Assembly: GCA_002313635.1 (NCBI GenBank)
Contig: DCBY01000012.1
Span: 7,859-71,858, forward strand
Source of the DNA: Fusobacteriia bacterium UBA1095
Lineage (GTDB): Bacteria; Fusobacteriota; Fusobacteriia; Bac17; UBA816
Direction of reading: 5' to 3'
Length of the DNA stretch: 64,000 nt
This document shows, piece after piece, positions 20,039 through 28,971 of the stretch. The first letter of the stretch is position 1, and the number at the start of each line of letters is the position of its first letter. The position numbers were made by a program, and so were the translations under genes. The notes beneath the pieces were generated by a model. The model was given only the letters and a program-made list of their open reading frames with translations, ran no database searches and was not told where the DNA came from.

Positions 20039-20653
20039 TCATACATATTCCTTAAGGTTAGTACTTAGACCTAATTCCTCCATTTTCCTAATCTCTTTCC
20101 TAACTCTATAGTTGTTTAAATCAAGTGTTTGCAGAGCTTCTTCTACCTCTTTTCGTGTTGAATCAGAAAAATCAAAATTCAAAATAGCCCTAAATCTTAT
20201 AGCTCTTACCACTCTAGAAGGATCATCTTCAAAGCTAGCTACTCTTCTTATTATTCCATTGCGTAGATCCCTCATTCCGCTGAGATAATCTATATACTTG
20301 TGCTTATTTATGTCAAACATTATGGTATTTATAGTAAAATCCCTCCTATTAGCATCTTCCTCTAAGGTGGCTCTCTCACAGTGGAAAGGATTGTAAAAAT
20401 CTTTCCTAGCGTTAGTTATAGTAAAATCAAAACCCCTGTAGCTGAAAGAGATAGAAAGATAGTTAGGATTATCTTTTACATTTACCAAACTAAAAGAGGA
20501 GCACAATTTACTTCTCAGGGAAGAGATATCTGCACAATATATGAGATCTATGTCTTTAGTTGGAAGTGAAAGAATGTAATCTCTAACCACTCCGCCCACA
20601 GCTATAAAATTTTCTGAATTTAATATCTCTTCTATCTCTTTAGCAAACTCCAT
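20039..20653 (-). CDS. Minimal Pol-beta-type nucleotidyltransferase head domain (CCA-adding / poly(A) polymerase family), 204 aa
   Basis: Motifs GGVVRDYIL, DIDL and RRDFTINT match the PolyA_pol head domain (PF01743). The protein is too short to contain the body/tail domains. Overlaps the surE start. Confidence 0.6.
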   Translation of the reverse strand: MEFAKEIEEILNSENFIAVGGVVRDYILSLPTKDIDLIYCADISSLRSKLCSSFSLVNVKDNPNYLSISFSYRGFDFTITNARKDFYNPFHCERATLEEDANRRDFTINTIMFDINKHKYIDYLSGMRDLRNGIIRRVASFEDDPSRVVRAIRFRAILNFDFSDSTRKEVEEALQTLDLNNYRVRKEIRKMEELGLSTNLKEYV

Positions 20654-21386
20654 CGCTTAACCTACTTAACATATCATAGTTAGTTCTGTCGGTATGAATA
20701 GGAGTAATTGAGACATAACCATTCAGCAGAGCCTTTAGGTCGTCACAATTTTTCATCTCAGACTCTTTCACCTCACTCTTTTGCCAGTAATAGACATGGC
20801 CTCTTGGGTTTACTCTCTCTTCGAAACTATCTATATATCTCATACCACCTTGCTTTGTATATTTAAACCCCTTGATTTCCTCATATTCTAAATTAGGAAT
20901 ATTTATATTTAAAATAGTACCTTTAGGAAGATCTATCTTTTCTAGTACACCCAAATAGTTTGAAATAAATTTAGCAGCACTTCTTACTTTAGTCGCAGGC
21001 TCACGGAGTGATATGGCAATAGATTTTTTGCCCAAGAGAGAAGCCTCAGTTGCAGCAGATATAGTACCTGAATATATAGCATTAATACCGAGATTGTTCC
21101 CGATATTTATACCTGAAATAACATAATCAAATTTAACATCTTTAAAAATGGCATGCATAGCCATCTTCACACAATCAGCAGGTGTTCCGTCAACATAGTA
21201 ACAGTCAGGTATATCTAGATACTTCTTATAGGTAAGAGGCCTATGCATGGTCATAGCATTACCTACTCCGCTCTGCTGCTCTTTCGGAGCTACTACAAAA
21301 ATATTAGCAACTCCTCTTAATTCTTCTGCTAGAGTCTTTATCCCTTCGGAAGATACTCCATCATCATTAACTAAAAGTATATTCAT
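20640..21386 (-). CDS. surE: 5'/3'-nucleotidase SurE
   Basis: The N-terminus MNILLVNDDGVSSEGI is the SurE signature. 248 aa. Confidence 0.85.
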   Translation of the reverse strand: MNILLVNDDGVSSEGIKTLAEELRGVANIFVVAPKEQQSGVGNAMTMHRPLTYKKYLDIPDCYYVDGTPADCVKMAMHAIFKDVKFDYVISGINIGNNLGINAIYSGTISAATEASLLGKKSIAISLREPATKVRSAAKFISNYLGVLEKIDLPKGTILNINIPNLEYEEIKGFKYTKQGGMRYIDSFEERVNPRGHVYYWQKSEVKESEMKNCDDLKALLNGYVSITPIHTDRTNYDMLSRLSDGVC

Positions 21387-22156
21387 TATAAGTCACTCTC
21401 ACAAATCTTTATTAAATCTATTTTTTTACACTTACCATCTTCCAGTTCTGAGGAAATACCGTGTAGCATAACACTCTCATTACATGGTTGGAACCTATGA
21501 GGCATTGACGTCAAAAATCTAGAGATAACTGCACCCTTGTCAACCCCTATAATTCCTGAGTGAGGTCCTGTCATCCCAATATCTGTGCAGTATCCAGTTC
21601 CTAAAGGAAGTATCTGGGCATCATTGGTCTGAACATGAGTATGAGTCCCATAAAATATAGATATCTTACCATCTAAAAATTTGGCTAGTGCCATCTTTTC
21701 TGAAGTAGCTTCAGCATGGAAATCTAAGATAACATTCTTGCAGCCCATCTCCGCTATGATATCCTCTGCTACTCTAAAAGGAGGATCCACAGTTTGGTTC
21801 ATAAATACAGTCCCTTGTAGATTTAAGACTAACACGCTCTCTCCATTAATCTCTAACTTAACATAACCCTTTCCAGGATTTTGTTCAGGGAAGTTGTGCG
21901 GTCTCAGTATCCTGGAATTACTATCCAAATAAGGATATATGTCTCTTTTGTCCCATATATGATTTCCTGAGGTTATGACATCAACACCAACATCAAATAG
22001 AGAATCAGCTGCTTTGGGTTTAATTCCAAAACCTGAAGAGGCATTCTCTCCATTAGCTACTATCAAATCATAGTCTTGTCTTACTTTTTCAACAAATTTT
22101 ATAGTAATCTCGACACCTTCACTAGAATAAATGTCTCCTATGCATAAAACTTTCAT
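21386..22156 (-). CDS. ymdB: YmdB-family metallophosphoesterase (2',3'-cyclic nucleotide phosphodiesterase-like)
   Basis: MKVLCIGDIYSSEG...GNHIWD is calcineurin-like and YmdB/TIGR00282-like. 256 aa. Stop and start overlap surE by 1 nt. Confidence 0.7.
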   Translation of the reverse strand: MKVLCIGDIYSSEGVEITIKFVEKVRQDYDLIVANGENASSGFGIKPKAADSLFDVGVDVITSGNHIWDKRDIYPYLDSNSRILRPHNFPEQNPGKGYVKLEINGESVLVLNLQGTVFMNQTVDPPFRVAEDIIAEMGCKNVILDFHAEATSEKMALAKFLDGKISIFYGTHTHVQTNDAQILPLGTGYCTDIGMTGPHSGIIGVDKGAVISRFLTSMPHRFQPCNESVMLHGISSELEDGKCKKIDLIKICESDL

Positions 22157-22253
22157 TTTACCTCCAGTGAGATTATAACATCTAAAGCTATTGACTCAAT
22201 TCCCACTTTATGTGATTATATTTTGTATTCAAAATTATCATAAAGGGGGGAAC

Positions 22254-24569
22254 ATGTTCCTAATAATTATTGCGTTACTAAATAGCTGTATCGGATGGAG
22301 TAGCAAAAGGCAGTGTAGATCAAAGGTTATAACAAGAGAACAATCAGGTTTTGCTAAAGAACTGGAAGAGAGTGTAAGAGGAAAGTACAACTCCTATAGA
22401 GAAGATGAGCCAGTTGAAGAAACCAATTTTGAAGATATCAGAAGCATAGTAAGAAAATTAAAAAATTCCGAAGATGGCATAGCCCTCATATGCTTAAAAG
22501 CTTCTACTAGTGCCGATAACTTCAATTTAGAAATTTTCAAGAAAGTAATCAAAATAGCTATCGAAGAGAAAAAGGATTTTGACACAATTTGCCAAAGAAG
22601 CTTTTTGTCTAAGTTAAGTAAAGAAAAAATTAGAGTTAAAAAAAGTGACAAATTTAAAGTAATAGAGTTTCTATTTGATGAAGAAGATTGGGCAATAAGA
22701 CTTTTGGGAGATAAAGATGACCAAGAAAAAATGTCAGAATTCTTTGTCGAACTTATTCCTAGAAAGGAAAACAATCTAAAGGAGGAAGCAAAAAATTTCT
22801 TTACAAACCTTTTAAATTCTACAAATCAAGATTTGGTAGGTGTAGCTGAAACTTTGGTCAGTAATCTAAAGAAATGCTCAGATAGTACCATCAGCAAAAT
22901 TGCACTTCTGGCACTATCTGAGTGGAAAAATGACTTTGACCTGCAAGCATTTAATAAGGAAACAGAAAAAGAAGGAAGAAAAATGCCTCCCCGCTCTGAA
23001 TATGTTGAAGTAGTTGAGAGAAAGAGTAAAATAAAAATAGATGGTACAAAAGAAGTTGTTGTGCTTTCCGGTGTATGTTCAAAAATAACTAATAAAAAGA
23101 GCATAGGATCAATAATATCGGATATGGAGGAATCAAGAGGAAAGTTAGAAGGTGCAACAATGATTCAGCTAAACGATTATTACAGAAACTGGAGCGATGA
23201 TTCAGATTCTGAACTTGAAGAGGAAGATATTGAAAGAATAAAAAACAGCCAGAGTACGACAGCAAATTCAGGAGATAAGATTCATATTCAAAAGTCAGTA
23301 CACAGAAGAAAATGGCTAAGGGGTAACAAAAGAACGGAAAAAAAAGACTTAAACCAGATTTACAAAAAAATAAAGTCAACTGATAAGGATAAAAAAAGCA
23401 AATTTAGAAAAATTGTCAGAAGTAGTACAGTCTCCAATTATCCATTTGGTAAAATGAGAAATTTGCTACTGCAAGACGTATATTATATTGGAAAAGAGTT
23501 TAATCCCAAAATTCTATATTACCATTCTAACGACGCGGACTATGTCAATTTAAACACAAAACCTATTTTCTATCAAAAGATTAAAACTAAATCAGAAATA
23601 GGTAAACAACTGAAAGAGAAAGTAGAAAAGTGCGAAGAAGAGAGACCCATTTGTGAAAGAATGATAGAAGGAATTAAAGCTCACAAAGCAAAAACTAACG
23701 TAAATCCACAATTTTATGGGGGCGCATATGTTTTTGAAATAGGTGAGGAGGGCATAGGTGAAATAATCAATAAAAGAATTATAAAAGAAGAAAAAACATT
23801 AGTAGCTATACAAGCTTTTACTAGGTTTGCCTCTGAGGTGAGTAACGCTTTTGACTATATAATAAGCAAAGAAAACCCCTATGGTGTCTATTTTAGCGAG
23901 GCAAACACCCTTATAAAAATAGATAATAAAGAGATACAATTTGGCGAAATAGCAGAAATGCAAGGGGCTATAGATGAATACTTTGGAAGAAATGGAAAAG
24001 AAGACCCCCGTGAAATTATGGTTTATGACCCCATAAACGTAATAGCAACTTCACAAAAAAGAGCTGGTAACCAACTGTACACAATCTGCACAAGAAGTTA
24101 TCCAAAAACTAAAATAAGGTGGGATGCCAAAAATAAAAAATTCTCTGATTTTGATAGCAAAGATTTGAGCAGTATTGATAGCTTGAAACAGAGTCCCCTT
24201 TCTTCCAGTCAAGTTGGATGGCCAAAGAGTATAAACAGAATATTTACAAGAAAAGTGATCAGCGCAAAATCAAGTATTGTGGAAATATTAGGAAGTGTAA
24301 AAAAATCCTACGACCCTCATGATATTGCTAAGAATCAATCATCCTATGAGGGGAAGAAAGTAAATGAGGAAAATTACAAAGAGAATTTAAAAAAATTACT
24401 AAACCATGAAAATTTGAAAAAATATTGGGAAAAAAAGGAAACAGATAAAGAAAATATGGAAAAGTTAAAAAACATGTATGATGAAGAATCAGCAAGAAAA
24501 ATAATAAACATAGCAAAAGAGTGTGCTGAAATCAAAAGAGCAATGCTGGAGGCGCACCTACAATTTTAA
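22254..24569 (+). CDS. Large K/E-rich hypothetical lipoprotein (772 aa from the internal Met)
   Basis: RBS AAAGGGGGG lies 4 nt upstream of the ATG at 22254. The N-terminus MFLIIIALLNSC looks like a lipoprotein signal. No recognisable catalytic domain. Confidence 0.6.
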   Translation: MFLIIIALLNSCIGWSSKRQCRSKVITREQSGFAKELEESVRGKYNSYREDEPVEETNFEDIRSIVRKLKNSEDGIALICLKASTSADNFNLEIFKKVIKIAIEEKKDFDTICQRSFLSKLSKEKIRVKKSDKFKVIEFLFDEEDWAIRLLGDKDDQEKMSEFFVELIPRKENNLKEEAKNFFTNLLNSTNQDLVGVAETLVSNLKKCSDSTISKIALLALSEWKNDFDLQAFNKETEKEGRKMPPRSEYVEVVERKSKIKIDGTKEVVVLSGVCSKITNKKSIGSIISDMEESRGKLEGATMIQLNDYYRNWSDDSDSELEEEDIERIKNSQSTTANSGDKIHIQKSVHRRKWLRGNKRTEKKDLNQIYKKIKSTDKDKKSKFRKIVRSSTVSNYPFGKMRNLLLQDVYYIGKEFNPKILYYHSNDADYVNLNTKPIFYQKIKTKSEIGKQLKEKVEKCEEERPICERMIEGIKAHKAKTNVNPQFYGGAYVFEIGEEGIGEIINKRIIKEEKTLVAIQAFTRFASEVSNAFDYIISKENPYGVYFSEANTLIKIDNKEIQFGEIAEMQGAIDEYFGRNGKEDPREIMVYDPINVIATSQKRAGNQLYTICTRSYPKTKIRWDAKNKKFSDFDSKDLSSIDSLKQSPLSSSQVGWPKSINRIFTRKVISAKSSIVEILGSVKKSYDPHDIAKNQSSYEGKKVNEENYKENLKKLLNHENLKKYWEKKETDKENMEKLKNMYDEESARKIINIAKECAEIKRAMLEAHLQF

Positions 24570-24635
24570 TTTTTAACCTTAACTTGTTGATAATTAGTCC
24601 AACTCATGATATATTCGGAAGCGGAGGGAAAGAAA

Positions 24636-25250
24636 ATGTTTAAATTACCAGAATTAGAATACAGCTATGATGCACTAGAACCATTCATAGATAGAGAGAC
24701 TATGGAACTTCACCATTCCAAGCACCATGCAGGCTATATTGCAAAACTAAACAAAGCTCTTGAGGGCTTTGAGCTAGACAAGGGTGCAAGTATAGAGAAA
24801 ATAATAATCAATCTGAAAAAAGATATCCCGATTGATATATACTGGGATATTAGAAATAATGGTGGTGGACACTTGAACCACTCTCTTTTCTTCAAAATGA
24901 TGTCACCTAAAGCAAGCAGAGAACCAAAAGGTCATCTGCTAGATTTAATTAAAAAAGTCTTTGGTGGATTTGAAGGTTTTAAAGAGAGATTCAAATCATC
25001 CGCACTGTCAAGGTTTGGTAGTGGTTGGGCATGGCTGCTTCTAGACGAACAAAATAAGATATTTATAAAGTCTACTCCGAACCAAGACTGCCCGGTGTCT
25101 GACGACAAAAAAGTGCTCCTGTGCTTAGATTTGTGGGAACATGCTTACTATCTAAATTACAGAAACAGAAGAGGCGAATATATAGACAAATGGTGGAACG
25201 TTGTCAATTGGGACTACGTTACAGATAGGTTTGAAGAATTTAAAAACTAG
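24636..25250 (+). CDS. sodA: Fe/Mn superoxide dismutase
   Basis: FKLPELEY..ALEP...HHSKHH...DLWEHAYY are SOD motifs. I placed the start at the Met after the GGAGGG RBS. Confidence 0.9.
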   Translation: MFKLPELEYSYDALEPFIDRETMELHHSKHHAGYIAKLNKALEGFELDKGASIEKIIINLKKDIPIDIYWDIRNNGGGHLNHSLFFKMMSPKASREPKGHLLDLIKKVFGGFEGFKERFKSSALSRFGSGWAWLLLDEQNKIFIKSTPNQDCPVSDDKKVLLCLDLWEHAYYLNYRNRRGEYIDKWWNVVNWDYVTDRFEEFKN

Positions 25251-25428
25251 CTTTTTTATTCATTCTCTTTATGTACTTGGCACAAGCCCTTATCTTCACC
25301 TTTTCTCCATCGATGGTTATAACTTTGGTTTGAAGATTGGGCTTCCATATTCTCTTTGTACTTTTCTTAGAGTGACTCACGTTGTTGCCATGCATTGTCT
25401 TCTTACCGCTTATATCACAAATTCTCAT
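25240..25428 (-). CDS. rpmB: 50S ribosomal protein L28
   Basis: MRICDISGKKTMHGNNVSHSKKSTKRIWKPNLQ matches the L28 N-terminus MSRVCQVTGK..GNN.SHA.N.TKR.F.PNL. The start is trimmed to the internal Met. The 3' end overlaps sodA in convergent orientation. Confidence 0.8.
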   Translation of the reverse strand: MRICDISGKKTMHGNNVSHSKKSTKRIWKPNLQTKVITIDGEKVKIRACAKYIKRMNKKASF

Positions 25429-25553
25429 TAATACTCCTAATCCTTTTTTGTTATATTTTAACACAGGGTAATTAAAATCTCCAATATCAGTTTGATTGAC
25501 TCTTAAGAACATTTAGATTAAAATCTATTTATACCAATAATTAAGGGGGAATA

Positions 25554-26381
25554 GTGCTTTTAAACAGAATATTAGTATCTATCATTGCTATTCCTTTACT
25601 TTTATTTATCGTTATGTGTGGAGAGATCTCCTCTTTCGTAGTCTTAGAGGCATCCATAGTGATAATGATGAATGAATTTTATAGCATGCTTAAAAGAAAC
25701 AAAGTAAAAGTAAGTGCAAAGACTGGAATAGTCATAGGAATCTTGATACCTTTGATATGCCATTTTTCAGGAAAGAGCTATCCAGATTCTATATCACTCT
25801 TGTTAGCCTCTTCTGTTATCTTGTTTATAACTAGAAGAGTATCGCAAGAGAGTATAAGAGAGTCTATAGACAGCATATCTTATACCCTATTTGGAATTTT
25901 ATACATACCTTACTTGTTCAATTATGCTCTTTTGTTAAGAATGGAGTTTGGATCAGCAATTACATTTTTAGGCATTAACATTACAAATGGAAGATTTTGG
26001 CTACTAGTTATGTTTGGTATATCTTTCGGTTCAGACATAGCATCATTCGCTGCTGGCAAATTATTTGGTAGAAACAGATTAACAACTATAAGCCCCAATA
26101 AAACTATAGAAGGCCTAATTGGAGCAGTATTATTTGGCTTTGCTTTAGGATTATACCTAAACAGAATAATTGACATAAGTATATACAAATCTCTAGCATT
26201 GACAGTTATAGGTGTAATTTTAGCTCAACTTGGAGATTTGGGATCATCTCTATTCAAAAGAGAGTTTGGGATAAAGGATTATAGCTCTATAATGATGTCT
26301 CATGGGGGATTGTTAGATAGATGTGATAGTGTGTTATTTACAGCACCTTTCGTCTTCTACTTTGTTAAATTTCTAATTTAG
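25554..26381 (+). CDS. cdsA: Phosphatidate cytidylyltransferase, GTG start
   Basis: CdsA signature ISPNKTIEGLIGA...SHGGLLDRCDS. Multi-TM protein. Confidence 0.85.
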   Translation: MLLNRILVSIIAIPLLLFIVMCGEISSFVVLEASIVIMMNEFYSMLKRNKVKVSAKTGIVIGILIPLICHFSGKSYPDSISLLLASSVILFITRRVSQESIRESIDSISYTLFGILYIPYLFNYALLLRMEFGSAITFLGINITNGRFWLLVMFGISFGSDIASFAAGKLFGRNRLTTISPNKTIEGLIGAVLFGFALGLYLNRIIDISIYKSLALTVIGVILAQLGDLGSSLFKREFGIKDYSSIMMSHGGLLDRCDSVLFTAPFVFYFVKFLI

Positions 26382-26391
26382 AGGTATTTAT

Positions 26392-26991
26392 ATGTTTATA
26401 ACTTTTGAAGGAATCGATGGGGCGGGTAAAACCACCCAGATAAAGAGTCTAGCTAATCTTTTTACAGAATTAGGCAGAGAATACATAGTCACTAGAGAAC
26501 CTGGAGGTACTGAGCTAGGTGAGCAAATAAGGGATATCTTGAAAAAATACCAATTGGACCCTAAAAACGAAACATTGCTTCTCTATGCTAATAGACTAGA
26601 TCACGTAGAAAAACTAATAAAGCCTAGTATAAAACAGGGGAAAATAGTGATATCGGATAGATTTGATGACTCAACTGTAGCCTATCAGCACTTTGGTAGA
26701 GGCATTCCAATTGAAGATATTGATAAAATAAGATCATTTACCATAGGAACTTTTGAGCCTGACCTAACCTTTTTCTTAGATTTAGATTTAGAAGAGAAAT
26801 ATGACAGAATGAGTAGTAGAAAGTTAGACACAATAGAGAAGAGTGGCACAGAATTTTTTAGTAGAGTAGTTGATGGATATAGAAAAATGGCATCAAACAC
26901 TCCTAGAATAGTAAGGATAGATGGATCGCAAAGACAAGAAAAGGTATTTGAAGACATAAAGTCTATTCTTTTGGAGAAGATAAATCTATGA
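26392..26991 (+). CDS. tmk: Thymidylate kinase
   Basis: P-loop ITFEGIDGAGKTTQ plus an LID region. 199 aa. Confidence 0.88.
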   Translation: MFITFEGIDGAGKTTQIKSLANLFTELGREYIVTREPGGTELGEQIRDILKKYQLDPKNETLLLYANRLDHVEKLIKPSIKQGKIVISDRFDDSTVAYQHFGRGIPIEDIDKIRSFTIGTFEPDLTFFLDLDLEEKYDRMSSRKLDTIEKSGTEFFSRVVDGYRKMASNTPRIVRIDGSQRQEKVFEDIKSILLEKINL

Positions 26992-27989
26992 AGTTCATGA
27001 TTGCAATAGCGGCATTTAGCCTGATAGTATTGGTTCATGAACTAGGCCATTTTCTAGCTGCAAGATATTTCAAAGTAAAAGTTAAGAATTTTTCCGTGGG
27101 ACTAGGCCCCATATTACTATCATTCTCAAGTGGGGATACACTTTTTTGTTTGAGAGCAGTACCATTGGGAGGATTTGTAGACATAGATGGAATGGAGGAA
27201 GATTCAAGATTCGGATTTAATATAAGGCCATACTACCAGAAGGTGCTAATATTGTTTGCTGGGGTCTTTATGAACATTATCCTATCTTTTGTAGCAATGT
27301 TCAGTATATCCATGTATCTAGGTCATATAGACGAAACGTCCAATATTATAACCAGATCGCTATCTTCAGAAGCAATTCTCAAAGTTGATGATAAAGTTGT
27401 GGAAGTTAATGGCAAAAAAATAGATAATTGGAGAGAATTTGAAGATAAAATAGGGGATTCAGAGCAAAAATTCGTTGTTAAAGTGATTAGAGAAGGAAAA
27501 GAAAAAGAGATAGAGATAAAACCAGAAGAGAGAGTTAATTTGCTATTTTTCTCCGTACCTGCCAAAAGATCTATATATCTTTCGCTTAAAAAAGCCTCAA
27601 AAGCTATTGTAATGGGGTTTATTAGAAGTTCAAATGTAATAACTAGGGTATTACAGAAAAAGATAAGAGTAGAAGAGCTGTCTGGACCTATAGGAATAAT
27701 GAAGACAATGGCAGATTCTTCATCTCAAAGTATGATTAATATATTTATATTAATTTCCATGATATCCATAGGAATCGCATTTTTCAACCTTCTACCAATT
27801 CCTCCTCTGGATGGAGGAAAAATATTCCTTGTTACTTTAGATAGGTTAGGTATAAAATTGAGTAAGAAGCTAAAAGATTTAATTTCTGCAATAGGTGTTA
27901 TACTATTTTTAGTTTTAACTATCATTGTAGGTAAGAGTGATATAAATAAGATAAGGAAGGAAAGTGCCAATAGTAGTAGTAAAAGATAA
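26988..27989 (+). CDS. rseP: RIP site-2 metalloprotease (RseP-like, single PDZ)
   Basis: HELGHF in TM1 and a later LDGG motif, with a PDZ-like middle region. 333 aa. Confidence 0.75.
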   Translation: MKFMIAIAAFSLIVLVHELGHFLAARYFKVKVKNFSVGLGPILLSFSSGDTLFCLRAVPLGGFVDIDGMEEDSRFGFNIRPYYQKVLILFAGVFMNIILSFVAMFSISMYLGHIDETSNIITRSLSSEAILKVDDKVVEVNGKKIDNWREFEDKIGDSEQKFVVKVIREGKEKEIEIKPEERVNLLFFSVPAKRSIYLSLKKASKAIVMGFIRSSNVITRVLQKKIRVEELSGPIGIMKTMADSSSQSMINIFILISMISIGIAFFNLLPIPPLDGGKIFLVTLDRLGIKLSKKLKDLISAIGVILFLVLTIIVGKSDINKIRKESANSSSKR

Positions 27990-28971
27990 AAAAAGACTTA
28001 GTAGCCGGGATTCAGAAAAAGACGTATACTCCATAATACTGCATAATGAAGGTTTGGAGTATGAGGTTGGGGATGTTTTGAAGATATATCCTCAAAACAG
28101 CAATGAGCTTTTAGATGAAATGAAGAAATTTTACAAAGACATTGACTTCACTAACTATGACCTAAGATTAACATCAACCAAAATGTTGAAAGTCATTGCT
28201 GATAGATCTGAGCATATTAAAGAACTTTTGAAGCCAATGAATTTTGTAAAGCGACAAGAGTTTATGCTAAACAACAGCATACCAGAAGTGATAAGGGGAT
28301 TTGGCCAACTAGATGAAGAGGTTCTACTCAATAATTTGTTAAAAATGAGACCTAGATCTTATTCAATAGCGTCTTCAATGAAAGAGCATCCTAATGAGAT
28401 TCATCTATTAGTCTCCTTAACCAAATTTAAAACAAAAAGAGGTGAAGAAAAGGGAACAGCATCTTCCTTTCTGATAGATACAATGGATGTAGGTAGCAGC
28501 TTTAGAGCAGAGGTAGGGAAAAAGGAACACTTTAGACCACCTTCTGATGAAAAAGATATTATAATGATAGGTCCTGGAACAGGAATAGCTCCTTTTATAG
28601 GGTTTTTGATGGAAAGAAAAAATTCCAAGGGATTAAATTGGCTATTTTTTGGAGAGAGAAGCAGAAAAAATGAATTTTACTATGAAGATCTTCTTACAGA
28701 TCTTCAACGAGAAGGTAAATTAAGGCTTGATTTGGCATTTTCTAGAGATCAAGAAGAGAAAGTATACGTACAGCACAAAATTAAGGAAAATGAGGGCGAA
28801 ATTAGAGAAATAATAGCTAAGGGAGGACACATATATCTATGTGGTGATGCTAAAAAAATGGCAAAGAGTGTAGAGAGCGTTTTAAAAGAAATATTGAATA
28901 AAAAAGCTAGCTCAGAGTGCGAGCTAGCTAAAATGAAAATGGAAAAGAGATATTTGACAGATGTATACTAG
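27964..28971 (+). CDS. FNR-like FAD/NAD(P)-binding oxidoreductase module (CysJ/CPR C-terminal-type), stand-alone
   Basis: FAD-binding motif RPRSYSIASS and NADPH-binding GPGTGIAPF. The C-terminus matches the CysJ/CPR family. There is no flavodoxin domain. The start overlaps rseP by 26 nt, so the true start could be downstream. Confidence 0.65.
   Translation: MPIVVVKDKKRLSSRDSEKDVYSIILHNEGLEYEVGDVLKIYPQNSNELLDEMKKFYKDIDFTNYDLRLTSTKMLKVIADRSEHIKELLKPMNFVKRQEFMLNNSIPEVIRGFGQLDEEVLLNNLLKMRPRSYSIASSMKEHPNEIHLLVSLTKFKTKRGEEKGTASSFLIDTMDVGSSFRAEVGKKEHFRPPSDEKDIIMIGPGTGIAPFIGFLMERKNSKGLNWLFFGERSRKNEFYYEDLLTDLQREGKLRLDLAFSRDQEEKVYVQHKIKENEGEIREIIAKGGHIYLCGDAKKMAKSVESVLKEILNKKASSECELAKMKMEKRYLTDVY

Noticed and set aside
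25201-26188. Antisense ORFs 25201-25431 (opposite rpmB) and 25922-26188 (inside cdsA)
   Set aside because: They are opposite well-supported genes and have no independent signals.
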